Origin: Candidatus Shapirobacteria bacterium
GTDB lineage: Bacteria; Patescibacteriota; Microgenomatia; UBA12405
Length of the DNA: 64,000 nucleotides
Direction: 5' to 3'
Assembly (NCBI GenBank): GCA_022837635.1
Contig: JALHFY010000001.1
Span: 23,562 to 87,561 of the forward strand
Positions 35,987-45,081 of this stretch are shown one piece after another (position 1 is the first letter of the stretch; the number at the start of each line of letters is the position of its first letter). The notes beneath the pieces were generated by a model. That model saw nothing but the letters and a program-made list of their open reading frames with translations. It was not told where the DNA came from and made no database searches. A program made the position numbers and the translations under genes.

Positions 35987-36827
35987 TTTGGGACCAGTCA
36001 GTTTTATTTTTACCTTCAATTTGAACGGTTTTTGGGGTTAGAGTTTGAGTGGAAGGATTAAAGTCGGCAGAGAAAATTTTCATTTTTAGAATTTGTTGCT
36101 TGGAGTTGGAAACTGTAGTCCAAGCAATAGGAAAAGGGTTTAAGGCTCTGATGAAATTATAAATATTCCGGGGTGATTGTTGCCAATCAATTTTAGCCTT
36201 TTCTTTGGTAATTTTTGGGAAGTAACTTTTTTGAGAATGATCTTGAGCTTGAAGTCGGGTGGGGTTTTGAAGATAGTTTTTTAGTACGGTGTCGAGGTGG
36301 TCAGCAGCTAATTGAAAAGCACGGTCGTAGAAAGTTCCAGCGGTATCATGGGGGTTAATTTTTAGAGGCAGTGAAGCAATAATTGGTCCATGGTCAGGGA
36401 GAAGATCGATTTGAAAAAAAGTGACGGCACTATTCTCTTCCCCTTTAATAATTTGCCAGGGTCCAGGAGTAGCTCCGCGATAACGGGGGAGTGGAGAAGG
36501 ATGAATATTGATGATTTTTCTGGGAAACAGATCGATAGTGGCTTGGTCAAAGAAAGGTGGGCCAAAGGCGACACAAAGACCAAGATCTGGAGAATAATTA
36601 GAAACTAGAGATAAGAAATGAGAATCAAAAGCGTCGACTTGGAGGAGGGGAAGATGTTTTTCTTGACAAAATTGGGCGACAGGATTGGGAGTAATTTTTT
36701 GATCACGACCGGAAGCTTTATCGGTTTTGGTGACAATTAAGGGAACTTGGAAGTCGGCCAGAGTTAAAAGTTTTTGAAGAATAGGTAGGGAATAAGGGGA
36801 AGCTCCAAAAAAAATAACCTTGGTCAT
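35961..36827 (-). CDS. fmt: Methionyl-tRNA formyltransferase
   Basis: Motifs NIHPSPLPRYRGATP and SLPIL. Confidence 0.85.
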   Translation of the reverse strand: MTKVIFFGASPYSLPILQKLLTLADFQVPLIVTKTDKASGRDQKITPNPVAQFCQEKHLPLLQVDAFDSHFLSLVSNYSPDLGLCVAFGPPFFDQATIDLFPRKIINIHPSPLPRYRGATPGPWQIIKGEENSAVTFFQIDLLPDHGPIIASLPLKINPHDTAGTFYDRAFQLAADHLDTVLKNYLQNPTRLQAQDHSQKSYFPKITKEKAKIDWQQSPRNIYNFIRALNPFPIAWTTVSNSKQQILKMKIFSADFNPSTQTLTPKTVQIEGKNKTDWSQIKPYYYLS

Positions 36828-36862
36828 GAGAGGATTATATCTAAGTTTTGGTAAAATAGACT

Positions 36863-37417
36863 ATGACAGGGATAGTTATGTTTCCGCATCCGGTATTGCG
36901 CCAAAAGGTGGCGGAGGTGAAAAAATTAGACAAAAAGACTTTGAGTGAAATTAATAAATTAAAAGAAATTTTACAAAAAAGTGAAAACGGAGCCGGTTTG
37001 GCGGCCACCCAGATTGGGGTGAGTAAGAGTTTTTTAGGAATGAAGGAAAGAAATGGGGTTAGAGTGTTGATAAATCCTAAATTAGTGGCTTATTTTGGGG
37101 AAAAAGTTTATCCGAAGATGGTAGATGAGAAAGGTGTTGAGAGTGATTTTTTAGAGGGTTGTTTGTCTTTTCCTGATTTATATGGAACGGTCAAAAGGTA
37201 TTTGAAAATCGAGGCACAGTGGCAGGAAATTAAAGATCAGAAACTAGAAGGCAAAAACAAGATTCTGGAAGGTTTTGAAGCGATTTTGTGGCAGCATGAA
37301 TATGATCATTTATTGGGTATTTTGTTTGTGGATCATATTAAAAGAGATGGGGGTAAGTTTTATTTATGGAAAGAGGGTGAGGACAAGAAGGTAGTGGATA
37401 TAAACACGATTATTTGA
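36863..37417 (+). CDS. def: Peptide deformylase
   Basis: Motifs GLAATQIG, EGCLSFP and HEYDHL. Confidence 0.9.
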   Translation: MTGIVMFPHPVLRQKVAEVKKLDKKTLSEINKLKEILQKSENGAGLAATQIGVSKSFLGMKERNGVRVLINPKLVAYFGEKVYPKMVDEKGVESDFLEGCLSFPDLYGTVKRYLKIEAQWQEIKDQKLEGKNKILEGFEAILWQHEYDHLLGILFVDHIKRDGGKFYLWKEGEDKKVVDINTII

Positions 37418-39287
37418 TGTTTTTCAGATAATCTTGGGCGTCGGTGTTGTTGGGGGCATATTTTAAGACGGTTTCAAAGTAATTTTTGGCTTCGGCATAT
37501 TTTTTCTGGTCAAAGTAAATTTTGCCAATAGCAAAGGCGGAATAATCATCATTACTCTTAAGAGAAAAGGCCTTTTGATAATGTTTGAGAGCGGTGTCAA
37601 TGTCACCAGCAGCTTCATAAAAACGACCTAAGAGATAGAAGGTTTTGGCATCGGTGGGAGCTAGTTTGGCAGTAGTTTCTAGAGCTTCCAAGGAATGGAT
37701 AAAGGCAGGAGGGTCGGTGACGGCAATTTGGGCAAAAAGTTGAGCTCGTTCTTTCCATAGATTAGTAGAAGCGGGGGCGAGATAAACACTTTTATTGGAA
37801 GCGGCAATAGCTTGATCGATTTGCTTATTTTGGAAGTAAGTTTTGGCGGCCAAATTCCAATAAATGGCTTCATGAGGGCGGTATTTGAGGCTTTTAGTAA
37901 TTAATTTTTGGGCCAATGGCGGATTTGAGGTTAATTGTTTTTCGGCGGAGTGGTAGTAAATGTCTGATAAAAGGAAGGTAATATTTTTATAAAAAAGAAA
38001 GGCAAAAAGAAGGATTGAGGCGTATATGAGTGGAGGAAAAGATGTTTTTTGGGATGATTTTTTGAATTTGGGTAAACTCAGAACTGGAAGAAGAAAAAAA
38101 AGGAGAGCGGTGACGACGACAGAGAAACCAGCAAAATTAGTAATGAGAATGGAGATAAAGGCGGCCAACAGAGCCGGTTTTTTTCTTAAAAAATAAAGAA
38201 AATAAGCGATTAAAAAGAGATAGGCGGCGAGTCCAAGAATGCCGGTGGTGGCTAAATAATTAAGGTATTCATTATGAGCTTTGTTGTAGAGAAAGTCCCA
38301 TTCGGAAGTAAGATTGTGGGCGGCTGGTCGAGTCCAGTAATAGGTGTAAGCAAAGGTTTCCGGACCAGTACCAAAGAGAGGAAAACGTTTCCATAAATCA
38401 ACACTACCTTGCCAAACGATGTGCCTGATGTCTTGGCTAGGAGTGATATTCAAAATATTAGTTTGAGTGGTTGGCGGAGGATTTTTGGGAGGAAAAACTA
38501 AATCTTTGATAGGGTTTGAGATAGTTAAGGAAAGAGAGAGAAAGACAATTAGATAAGTAGATAAGTAGATAAGTAGATGTTTGCGGGTGAAGAAAATGTA
38601 AATAAAATAAATTGATAAAGAAATGGTGGCGGCGCCAAGACCGCTTTTTGATTTGGTGAACAATAAACAAAGAAACAAGAGACTAGAAACGAGAAACCAG
38701 AAAGCAGAATGAGATTTTTTGGTGTTTTTAAGTGAGCGATGAATAGACAGTGGTAAGAGAATACAGAGGTGTGCCGCCAGCCAATTAGGTTGACCTAAAG
38801 TAGAAAAGACTCGAGCTTGGACGTCTTGAACCCATTGGTTTTTATCGATACCAAAATGCTGGAGAATACCGTACAAAGTGACTAATAGACCAGAAAAGAG
38901 AGTGTAATTAATAATTTTTTCCTTAAATTTAGGGGTAATATAGACGGAGAGAATGATAAAAAGAACTATATAAGCGAGTAGAGAGAATAAACCGCCATTG
39001 AGGCGGGAGTAATAACCAAAAATTGAGGTGTAAGGATCGACGGAAAAAAAAGTAGAAACTAGTTGAGAGAGAAAAAAGAGACAAAGGGGCAGGAGAAGTC
39101 GATGGGGCCGCCACAGAGGGACGTGAGTGCGTAAATGATTGGCAAAATGGGCAATGAGAATCAATAGAGTCAGAGCATAAACAAAATACATTTTAGGGAG
39201 TTCAAAGAGTTCGGAAGTGTTGAGGGTGTAGATAAGAGGGGTAAAAAAAACTAGGAGGAAATAGAGTGAATGGACTAAAGAGGTCAC
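37410..39287 (-). CDS. O-antigen-ligase-like (Wzy_C) membrane protein with C-terminal TPR repeats
   Basis: Polytopic N-terminal domain plus TPR-like YYHSAEKQL..AKTYFQNKQIDQAI repeats. It contains the (AGATAAGT)3 tract and a CYAGAAA heptamer tract. Confidence 0.6.
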   Translation of the reverse strand: MTSLVHSLYFLLVFFTPLIYTLNTSELFELPKMYFVYALTLLILIAHFANHLRTHVPLWRPHRLLLPLCLFFLSQLVSTFFSVDPYTSIFGYYSRLNGGLFSLLAYIVLFIILSVYITPKFKEKIINYTLFSGLLVTLYGILQHFGIDKNQWVQDVQARVFSTLGQPNWLAAHLCILLPLSIHRSLKNTKKSHSAFWFLVSSLLFLCLLFTKSKSGLGAATISLSIYFIYIFFTRKHLLIYLSTYLIVFLSLSLTISNPIKDLVFPPKNPPPTTQTNILNITPSQDIRHIVWQGSVDLWKRFPLFGTGPETFAYTYYWTRPAAHNLTSEWDFLYNKAHNEYLNYLATTGILGLAAYLFLIAYFLYFLRKKPALLAAFISILITNFAGFSVVVTALLFFLLPVLSLPKFKKSSQKTSFPPLIYASILLFAFLFYKNITFLLSDIYYHSAEKQLTSNPPLAQKLITKSLKYRPHEAIYWNLAAKTYFQNKQIDQAIAASNKSVYLAPASTNLWKERAQLFAQIAVTDPPAFIHSLEALETTAKLAPTDAKTFYLLGRFYEAAGDIDTALKHYQKAFSLKSNDDYSAFAIGKIYFDQKKYAEAKNYFETVLKYAPNNTDAQDYLKNIK

Positions 39288-39323
39288 CTGTTAATTTTAC
39301 CAGCAATTGGCTATACTGGAGCC

Positions 39324-40358
39324 ATGAAAAGCTTGGGGGAGTGGATGACAAATTTTTATTGGCAGGTGGGAGTGGATTTGGGTAGCAGCAATATCAGAAT
39401 TTATACCAAGGACAAAGGAGTGATTGTGGAAGAACCAACAGTGGTAGCCAGACTGAAAAAGAAGAGGAATGGGGTACAGCGGATTTTAGTTTATGGGCAA
39501 GGGGCCAAGGATATGTACAATCGTGAACCGAAACAAATTGAGGTGGTGGCACCGATTTGGCGAGGCACCATTGCCGATATGGAGATGGTGGAAGCGTTAG
39601 TGGCTTATTTTATGAAATTTGTTTATGACATCCCCAGTGCTTATCCAAAAATCCTTAAACCTCGGTTAATAGTGGCGGTACCGGGGACAATCAGTAAAGT
39701 ACAAATGAGAACTTTTAGAAATATTTTTAGTCAGATTGGAGTAGCTAAGGTGACATTGGTGGAAAGTGCGGTTTTGGGAGTATTGGGAAGTGGTTTTAAG
39801 TTGGAAGAAAGTAGTGGGGTACTATTTTTGGATATTGGTGGCGGCAAGACCGAAGTCTCACTGGTGTCTATGGGGGGAATTGTCTTGAGTCGAGGTTTAG
39901 ATTTGGGAGGGAGGGATTTTGATGAGGCGATTATCAATTACGTTAAAATGAAGTACGGGTTGTTAATCGGAATCAATACGGCTGAGAAAGTGAAAATTGA
40001 GAAAGGAGGGATTATTAGAGGTCGGGATTTGGAAAGTAATTTACCTAAAAGTATTCGACTAAGAGAAGAGGAAATAGCGGAGGCAACGGCCATGCTGGTT
40101 AAAAAAATTGCTAGTTTAGTCAAGTTAATTTTAGATGAAATGCCAACAGAAATGACTGATGATGTCTTGAAAAAAGGAGTTATTTTATCGGGAGGTGGGG
40201 CTAAATTTGCCGGAATTGATAAATACATAGAAGGAGAGGTGAAGGTTAATGCGGCAGTAGTTAATGATCCGGAATATGGAGTAGTGAGGGGAATGGGAGA
40301 ATTGTTGGAAAATAAAGATTGGTTGACTCGAGTTAAATTAATTTCAGGAATGAATTAA
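39324..40358 (+). CDS. mreB: Rod-shape-determining actin homologue MreB
   Basis: VGVDLGSSNIRIY...LDIGGGKTEVSLVSMGG...VILSGGGA. Confidence 0.8.
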   Translation: MKSLGEWMTNFYWQVGVDLGSSNIRIYTKDKGVIVEEPTVVARLKKKRNGVQRILVYGQGAKDMYNREPKQIEVVAPIWRGTIADMEMVEALVAYFMKFVYDIPSAYPKILKPRLIVAVPGTISKVQMRTFRNIFSQIGVAKVTLVESAVLGVLGSGFKLEESSGVLFLDIGGGKTEVSLVSMGGIVLSRGLDLGGRDFDEAIINYVKMKYGLLIGINTAEKVKIEKGGIIRGRDLESNLPKSIRLREEEIAEATAMLVKKIASLVKLILDEMPTEMTDDVLKKGVILSGGGAKFAGIDKYIEGEVKVNAAVVNDPEYGVVRGMGELLENKDWLTRVKLISGMN

Positions 40359-41878
40359 TGAAATACTGGTGGTTGAGAGGTTTATTGATAGCGACTTTTG
40401 GAGTGTTGTTAGTAGTGGTTTTGAAACTAAATGTAATTAAAGGAGCTTATTATCGAGATTTAGCGCAAAACAATCGATTAACTCGGACAATAATTCCGGC
40501 AGCCCGAGGGGAAATTTTTGACAAAAAAGGGAGAACTATGGCGACTAATGTGGAGTTAAACGGGGAAATGAAGAGATTTTATCCTTATGGAGTGTCGACT
40601 TCAAATATTTTAGGGTATTTAGGAAAGGTTAATGAAGAAGAATTAAAAAAAGGTAAATGTGGACAAAATTTGAATAACTTGAGTGTGGTTGGTAGGGCTG
40701 GAATTGAAGCGGTGTTGGATTGTGAATTGATGGGAAACGATGGTTATAAATTAACAGAAACTGATGCGACCGGGAAGACAGTCAGAGAGTTGGGACAAAT
40801 GGATTTTGTGAAAGGTAAAGATATAAATTTGAGTATTGATGCTTTTTGGCAGGATAAGATTTATAAATTATTGGAGGGTAAAAAAGCGGTGGTGATAGTC
40901 AGTCAACCGGAAAACGGCAAGATTTTAGCTATGGTGAGTTCACCTAGCTATGATGCTAATAATTTTGGTTATGGTTATGATTTAACTACCATTAGGAGTT
41001 ATTTGGAAGACAGTCAAAATTTACCAATGATGAATCGGGCGATATCGGCCAAATATCATCCGGGAAGTATTTTTAAGCCGATAATTGCTTTGGGAGCCTT
41101 GGAAGACGGGACTATTAATGCGGGGACGACTTTTGAGGATACAGGGAAAATTACCATTGGAGAATATGAATTCAAAAATTGGTTGTGGACCAAAAGAGGT
41201 GGCACCGATGGTATGGTGGATGTGGTTAAAGGTTTAAAAAGATCAAATGATATTTTCTTTTATAAATTAGGAGAGAAAATGGGAGTGGAGGCCATGGATA
41301 AATGGGCTCATGTTTTTGGTTTGGGAAAAGTTACTGGGATAGAATTGCCCGGAGAAGTGGAGGGACTGGTCCCTAATGATGCTTGGAAAAAGAAGCATAT
41401 GGGAGAGAGATGGTATCTGGGAGACAGTTATCATATGGCCATAGGTCAGGGAAATTTGGCAGTGACTCCGTTGCAAATGAATCTGGCTACAAATATTATT
41501 GCCAGTCGAGGGAAAAAGTGTCAACCAAGTGTATTGGCAGAGAGTGAGCCTAATTGTACTCAAGTGAAGGCTAAAAATGACAATTGGGATTTAGTAATCA
41601 GAGGTATGGTAGAGGCTTGCAATGAAGGAGGGACGGCGTGGCCACTATTTAATTTTAAGACTGAAATTGCTTGTAAGACAGGTACGGCAGAATTGGGAGA
41701 CGGAAGTAAAGACACCCATGCTTGGTTAACGGCTTTTGCCCCGGTCAACAATCCAGAAATATCAGTGACAGTGCTGGTGGAAAGAGGCGGGGAGGGTAGT
41801 GATGTGGCGGCACCAATTGTGGGCGATATATTAAAAGAGTGGTTTAATGAGCCAGAAACCATAGTGCCCAGAAAATGA
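40358..41878 (+). CDS. mrdA: Penicillin-binding protein 2-type transpeptidase
   Basis: SIFKP (SxxK) and KTGTA motifs. Confidence 0.8.
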   Translation: MKYWWLRGLLIATFGVLLVVVLKLNVIKGAYYRDLAQNNRLTRTIIPAARGEIFDKKGRTMATNVELNGEMKRFYPYGVSTSNILGYLGKVNEEELKKGKCGQNLNNLSVVGRAGIEAVLDCELMGNDGYKLTETDATGKTVRELGQMDFVKGKDINLSIDAFWQDKIYKLLEGKKAVVIVSQPENGKILAMVSSPSYDANNFGYGYDLTTIRSYLEDSQNLPMMNRAISAKYHPGSIFKPIIALGALEDGTINAGTTFEDTGKITIGEYEFKNWLWTKRGGTDGMVDVVKGLKRSNDIFFYKLGEKMGVEAMDKWAHVFGLGKVTGIELPGEVEGLVPNDAWKKKHMGERWYLGDSYHMAIGQGNLAVTPLQMNLATNIIASRGKKCQPSVLAESEPNCTQVKAKNDNWDLVIRGMVEACNEGGTAWPLFNFKTEIACKTGTAELGDGSKDTHAWLTAFAPVNNPEISVTVLVERGGEGSDVAAPIVGDILKEWFNEPETIVPRK

Positions 41879-42276
41879 AAATAGCGGTGGTGGGGAGCAG
41901 GAGAATGAGCGCTTATGGCAGGGAGATAATTGGGAAATTAATGGCTGAATTGAAGCATGAGGAGGTAGTGACGATAGAGGTGAGTGGTTGTAATCAAGAA
42001 GTGATGAGACGGGGAGCTAAAAAAGTTTTTAAGGGTAACGATTTTGAGAAGTTGAATGAAGAAGTGGCAAATTATGCCGATAAATTGATAGTAGTTGAGG
42101 GTGGTAGACAGAGTGGAACTTTACTGTTGGCAGGGAAATTTGCAGAGAAAGGGAAGTCGGTATACGGAATTGTAGGCAGAATTAATGAGGAAAATAGTTT
42201 TGCTCCGAATTGGTTGGTGGCTCAAGGGGCGATACCTATCGTGGAGATTGAACGCTTGACAGAGATATTACAATAG
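41875..42276 (+). CDS. Minimal DprA/Smf-like Rossmann (SLOG) domain protein
   Basis: IAVVGSRR...SGTLLLAGKFAEKGKSVYGIVGRI...LVAQGAIPI. Located upstream of topA, as dprA often is. Confidence 0.55.
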   Translation: MKIAVVGSRRMSAYGREIIGKLMAELKHEEVVTIEVSGCNQEVMRRGAKKVFKGNDFEKLNEEVANYADKLIVVEGGRQSGTLLLAGKFAEKGKSVYGIVGRINEENSFAPNWLVAQGAIPIVEIERLTEILQ

Positions 42277-42337
42277 ATGACAATGAACAGAGTTTAATAA
42301 AGAAACTAGAAACTAGATTTTAGAAACTAGAATAATA

Positions 42338-44320
42338 ATGCAGAAAAAAAGATTATTAATAGTAGAATCTCCAACCAAAGCGAAAACTATTTCCAAGTAT
42401 TTGGGGAAGGATTTTGAAGTGATGGCAACAGTGGGGCATTTTCGGGATTTGCCCCAGAATAAAATGGGAGTGGATTTGAAGAGTTTTGAGATTGAGTATG
42501 TATTGGATCCTAAAAAAAAGGAAGTAATTTCTCAATTAGGAAGATTGTCGTCAAAGGCAGACGAGATTTTTTTAGCCTCCGATCCGGACCGGGAAGGAGA
42601 GGCAATTGCGTGGCATGTGGAGTGGTTGTTGACTGAGGGTCAGAAAAAGAAAATTAAAAAAGAGAAAATTGCCAGAGTGTCCTTTCATGAAATTACCAAG
42701 GAGGCAATAGAAGCGGCGCTTAAAAAAGCGGCTAAAATTGATATGGATTTGGTCAATGCCCAACAAGGAAGACGGGTGTTGGATAGAGTAGTAGGATATT
42801 CATTATCGCCAGTGTTATGGAAAAAAGTTAGAAAAGGTTTATCAGCGGGACGAGTCCAGTCGGTGGCGGTGAGATTGATTTGTGAACGAGAAAAGGAAGT
42901 AGAAAAATTTGCTCGGGAAAAGTTTTTTAAGATCAAAGCTTTATTTAAGAGAGGAGTTAAGTTTGAAGCAGAATTGGTTGAGATTGGGGATAAAAATTTT
43001 ATCAACAGTCAGAGAATAAAGTTGTTTGATGGTAGTTATACTTTTTCAAAATCACTCTTTACCAGTAAATCTGAGGCAGAAAAGTATGAGTCTGAACTAG
43101 AAAAAGAATTTACAGTTAAGGCGATTAAAAGTCGTCAATTGAGTAAAAGTCCGGTACCGGCTTTTACGACTTCGAAATTACAACAGGCTGGAGCTAGAGG
43201 TTTTGGGTGGTCGGGAAAACAAACTATGACTTTGGCACAAAGATTGTATGAACAGGGATTAATCACTTATCATCGAACAGATTCAGTGTATTTATCAGAC
43301 AAGGCGATTAAAGAATTTCGTGAATATATCGGTAAAAATTATGGACAGGATTATGTGGCGGAGAGGGTGAGAGTTTATAAAAACCGGTCCAAAAATGCTC
43401 AAGAAGCCCATGAGGCGATTAGGCCAACTCGGGTAGCAATTAAAACACCTGAGGGGTTGGATGCCAAGGAGACAAAATTGTATCAGCTGATTTGGCAAAG
43501 AGCGGTAGCGACACAAGCGGCGAGTGCGCGCTTGGAAAGTAGCAGTATTGAGTTGGGTAATGGTAATTCGATTTTTAAGGCTAGTGGATTGAGAGTGCTT
43601 TTTGATGGGTTTTACCGAATTTATGGTAATAAACATGAAGATCAGTTGTTGCCGGAATTAAAAGAAGGAGAAAAATTGAAGGCAGAAAAAATACTGATTG
43701 AGGAAGGAGAAACGGCCCCGCCCCCACGTTATTCAGATGCATCATTGGTGGCATCTTTGGAAAAACAGGGAATCGGGAGACCTTCGACTTATGCACCGAT
43801 TATTTCGACAATTATTGCCAGACAATATATTGAAAGGGAAGAGGGTAAATTTAAGCCGACAGCCTTGGGGATGGCAACTAATGAATTTTTAACTAAAAAT
43901 TTTCCAAAAATTTTATCTTTGCCTTTTACGGCGGAGATGGAGGCAGACTTGGATAAGGTAGCTTTGGGTAAAACTGAATGGAAGAAGATGATGAAGCAAT
44001 TTTGGAGCCAATTTGAACCTGAAGTGAAGAAGGTAGAGGCGGTGGCTGACAGGGTTAAGGTGGCAACCGAATCAACGGGTAGGCCTTGTCCTGAGTGCAG
44101 GCAGGGGGAGTTGGTGATTAGATTGGGTCGATTTGGAAAATTTATTTCTTGCAGTCGTTTTCCGGAGTGTAAATATACCGCTACTTACCAAGAAAAGGCT
44201 GGATTTAAGTGTCCGAGTTGCGGTAAAGAAGGAGTGATCAAGAGAACCAGAGCCGGGAGAAAGTTTTATGGTTGCAGTGATTACCCGAATTGCAAGTGGG
44301 CTAGTTGGAAGAAGCCCTAA
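42338..44320 (+). CDS. topA: DNA topoisomerase I with C-terminal zinc ribbons
   Basis: TOPRIM domain LLIVESPTKAKTI...DPDREGE and two CPxC...CxxC ribbons. Confidence 0.9.
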   Translation: MQKKRLLIVESPTKAKTISKYLGKDFEVMATVGHFRDLPQNKMGVDLKSFEIEYVLDPKKKEVISQLGRLSSKADEIFLASDPDREGEAIAWHVEWLLTEGQKKKIKKEKIARVSFHEITKEAIEAALKKAAKIDMDLVNAQQGRRVLDRVVGYSLSPVLWKKVRKGLSAGRVQSVAVRLICEREKEVEKFAREKFFKIKALFKRGVKFEAELVEIGDKNFINSQRIKLFDGSYTFSKSLFTSKSEAEKYESELEKEFTVKAIKSRQLSKSPVPAFTTSKLQQAGARGFGWSGKQTMTLAQRLYEQGLITYHRTDSVYLSDKAIKEFREYIGKNYGQDYVAERVRVYKNRSKNAQEAHEAIRPTRVAIKTPEGLDAKETKLYQLIWQRAVATQAASARLESSSIELGNGNSIFKASGLRVLFDGFYRIYGNKHEDQLLPELKEGEKLKAEKILIEEGETAPPPRYSDASLVASLEKQGIGRPSTYAPIISTIIARQYIEREEGKFKPTALGMATNEFLTKNFPKILSLPFTAEMEADLDKVALGKTEWKKMMKQFWSQFEPEVKKVEAVADRVKVATESTGRPCPECRQGELVIRLGRFGKFISCSRFPECKYTATYQEKAGFKCPSCGKEGVIKRTRAGRKFYGCSDYPNCKWASWKKP

Positions 44321-44723
44321 TCTGAGGTAAGTCAGGATCGGGAGTAAAAGCCGATTTAAATTCATCACCAAGGTGGTTGATGCGATTATTGGCTTCAACT
44401 TTATAAAAACGGGGTTGTGGTTTTTCGGTCATATGTGGTTAATTGATAATTTTTAACTTAAAACGGAAGCAATAAAATCGAGCTCTTTGTCAGTGGCTTG
44501 ATTGAGAGCCATATCTTTAAGACTGAGAGGGGGGATAATTCTAGCTTCTATAAAATTTTGCCTAACTTCAGGCATTTCAGCCAAGTTTGTTGGTTTATAT
44601 CCTATAGTTTCTTTAGACATATGTTTTTTTAAAAATGTGTATATCTAATATAAATATAGGATAGTCTTATAATATTTGTCAAGAGGCAAATTGAAGCTAA
44701 AAGGTTAGGAAAAAACCAGAGGC

Positions 44724-45059
44724 TTATTTTGTGGAATTTTGAAAAATACTGAGGACGGCTTCAAATGTGTGACCAGTCTTTTTTTGAGTTTCTATTTCCA
44801 TTCGAAGAATAGATAGCAGACTTTGACGATGGTAGTGAGGCCATGCTTCTAGGGGAACACCTAAGTCGTCAGCTTGAATAAAAAGTTCGTTTATGCCTGT
44901 ACTGAGTTTTTTAATTTCGTAGGGGTGATAAGTATCCATGTTATCTAAGAAATTTAGAAGTGTTTGACGATCACCCTGATAAACATCTTTGGTTAAAGCT
45001 TCACCGGCTTGTTGAAATGTATTTGACGGAAAATATCTTTCAAGCTTGCTAATTTCCAT
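44724..45059 (-). CDS. Hypothetical protein
   Basis: A 111-aa ORF downstream of the VirD4-like gene. Confidence 0.4.
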   Translation of the reverse strand: MEISKLERYFPSNTFQQAGEALTKDVYQGDRQTLLNFLDNMDTYHPYEIKKLSTGINELFIQADDLGVPLEAWPHYHRQSLLSILRMEIETQKKTGHTFEAVLSIFQNSTK

Positions 45060-45081
45060 AGCCAGTGTATTTTAACACAAA

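Noticed and set aside
44072-44398. ORF 44072..44398(-)
   Set aside because: It lies antisense within topA and has no coding features.
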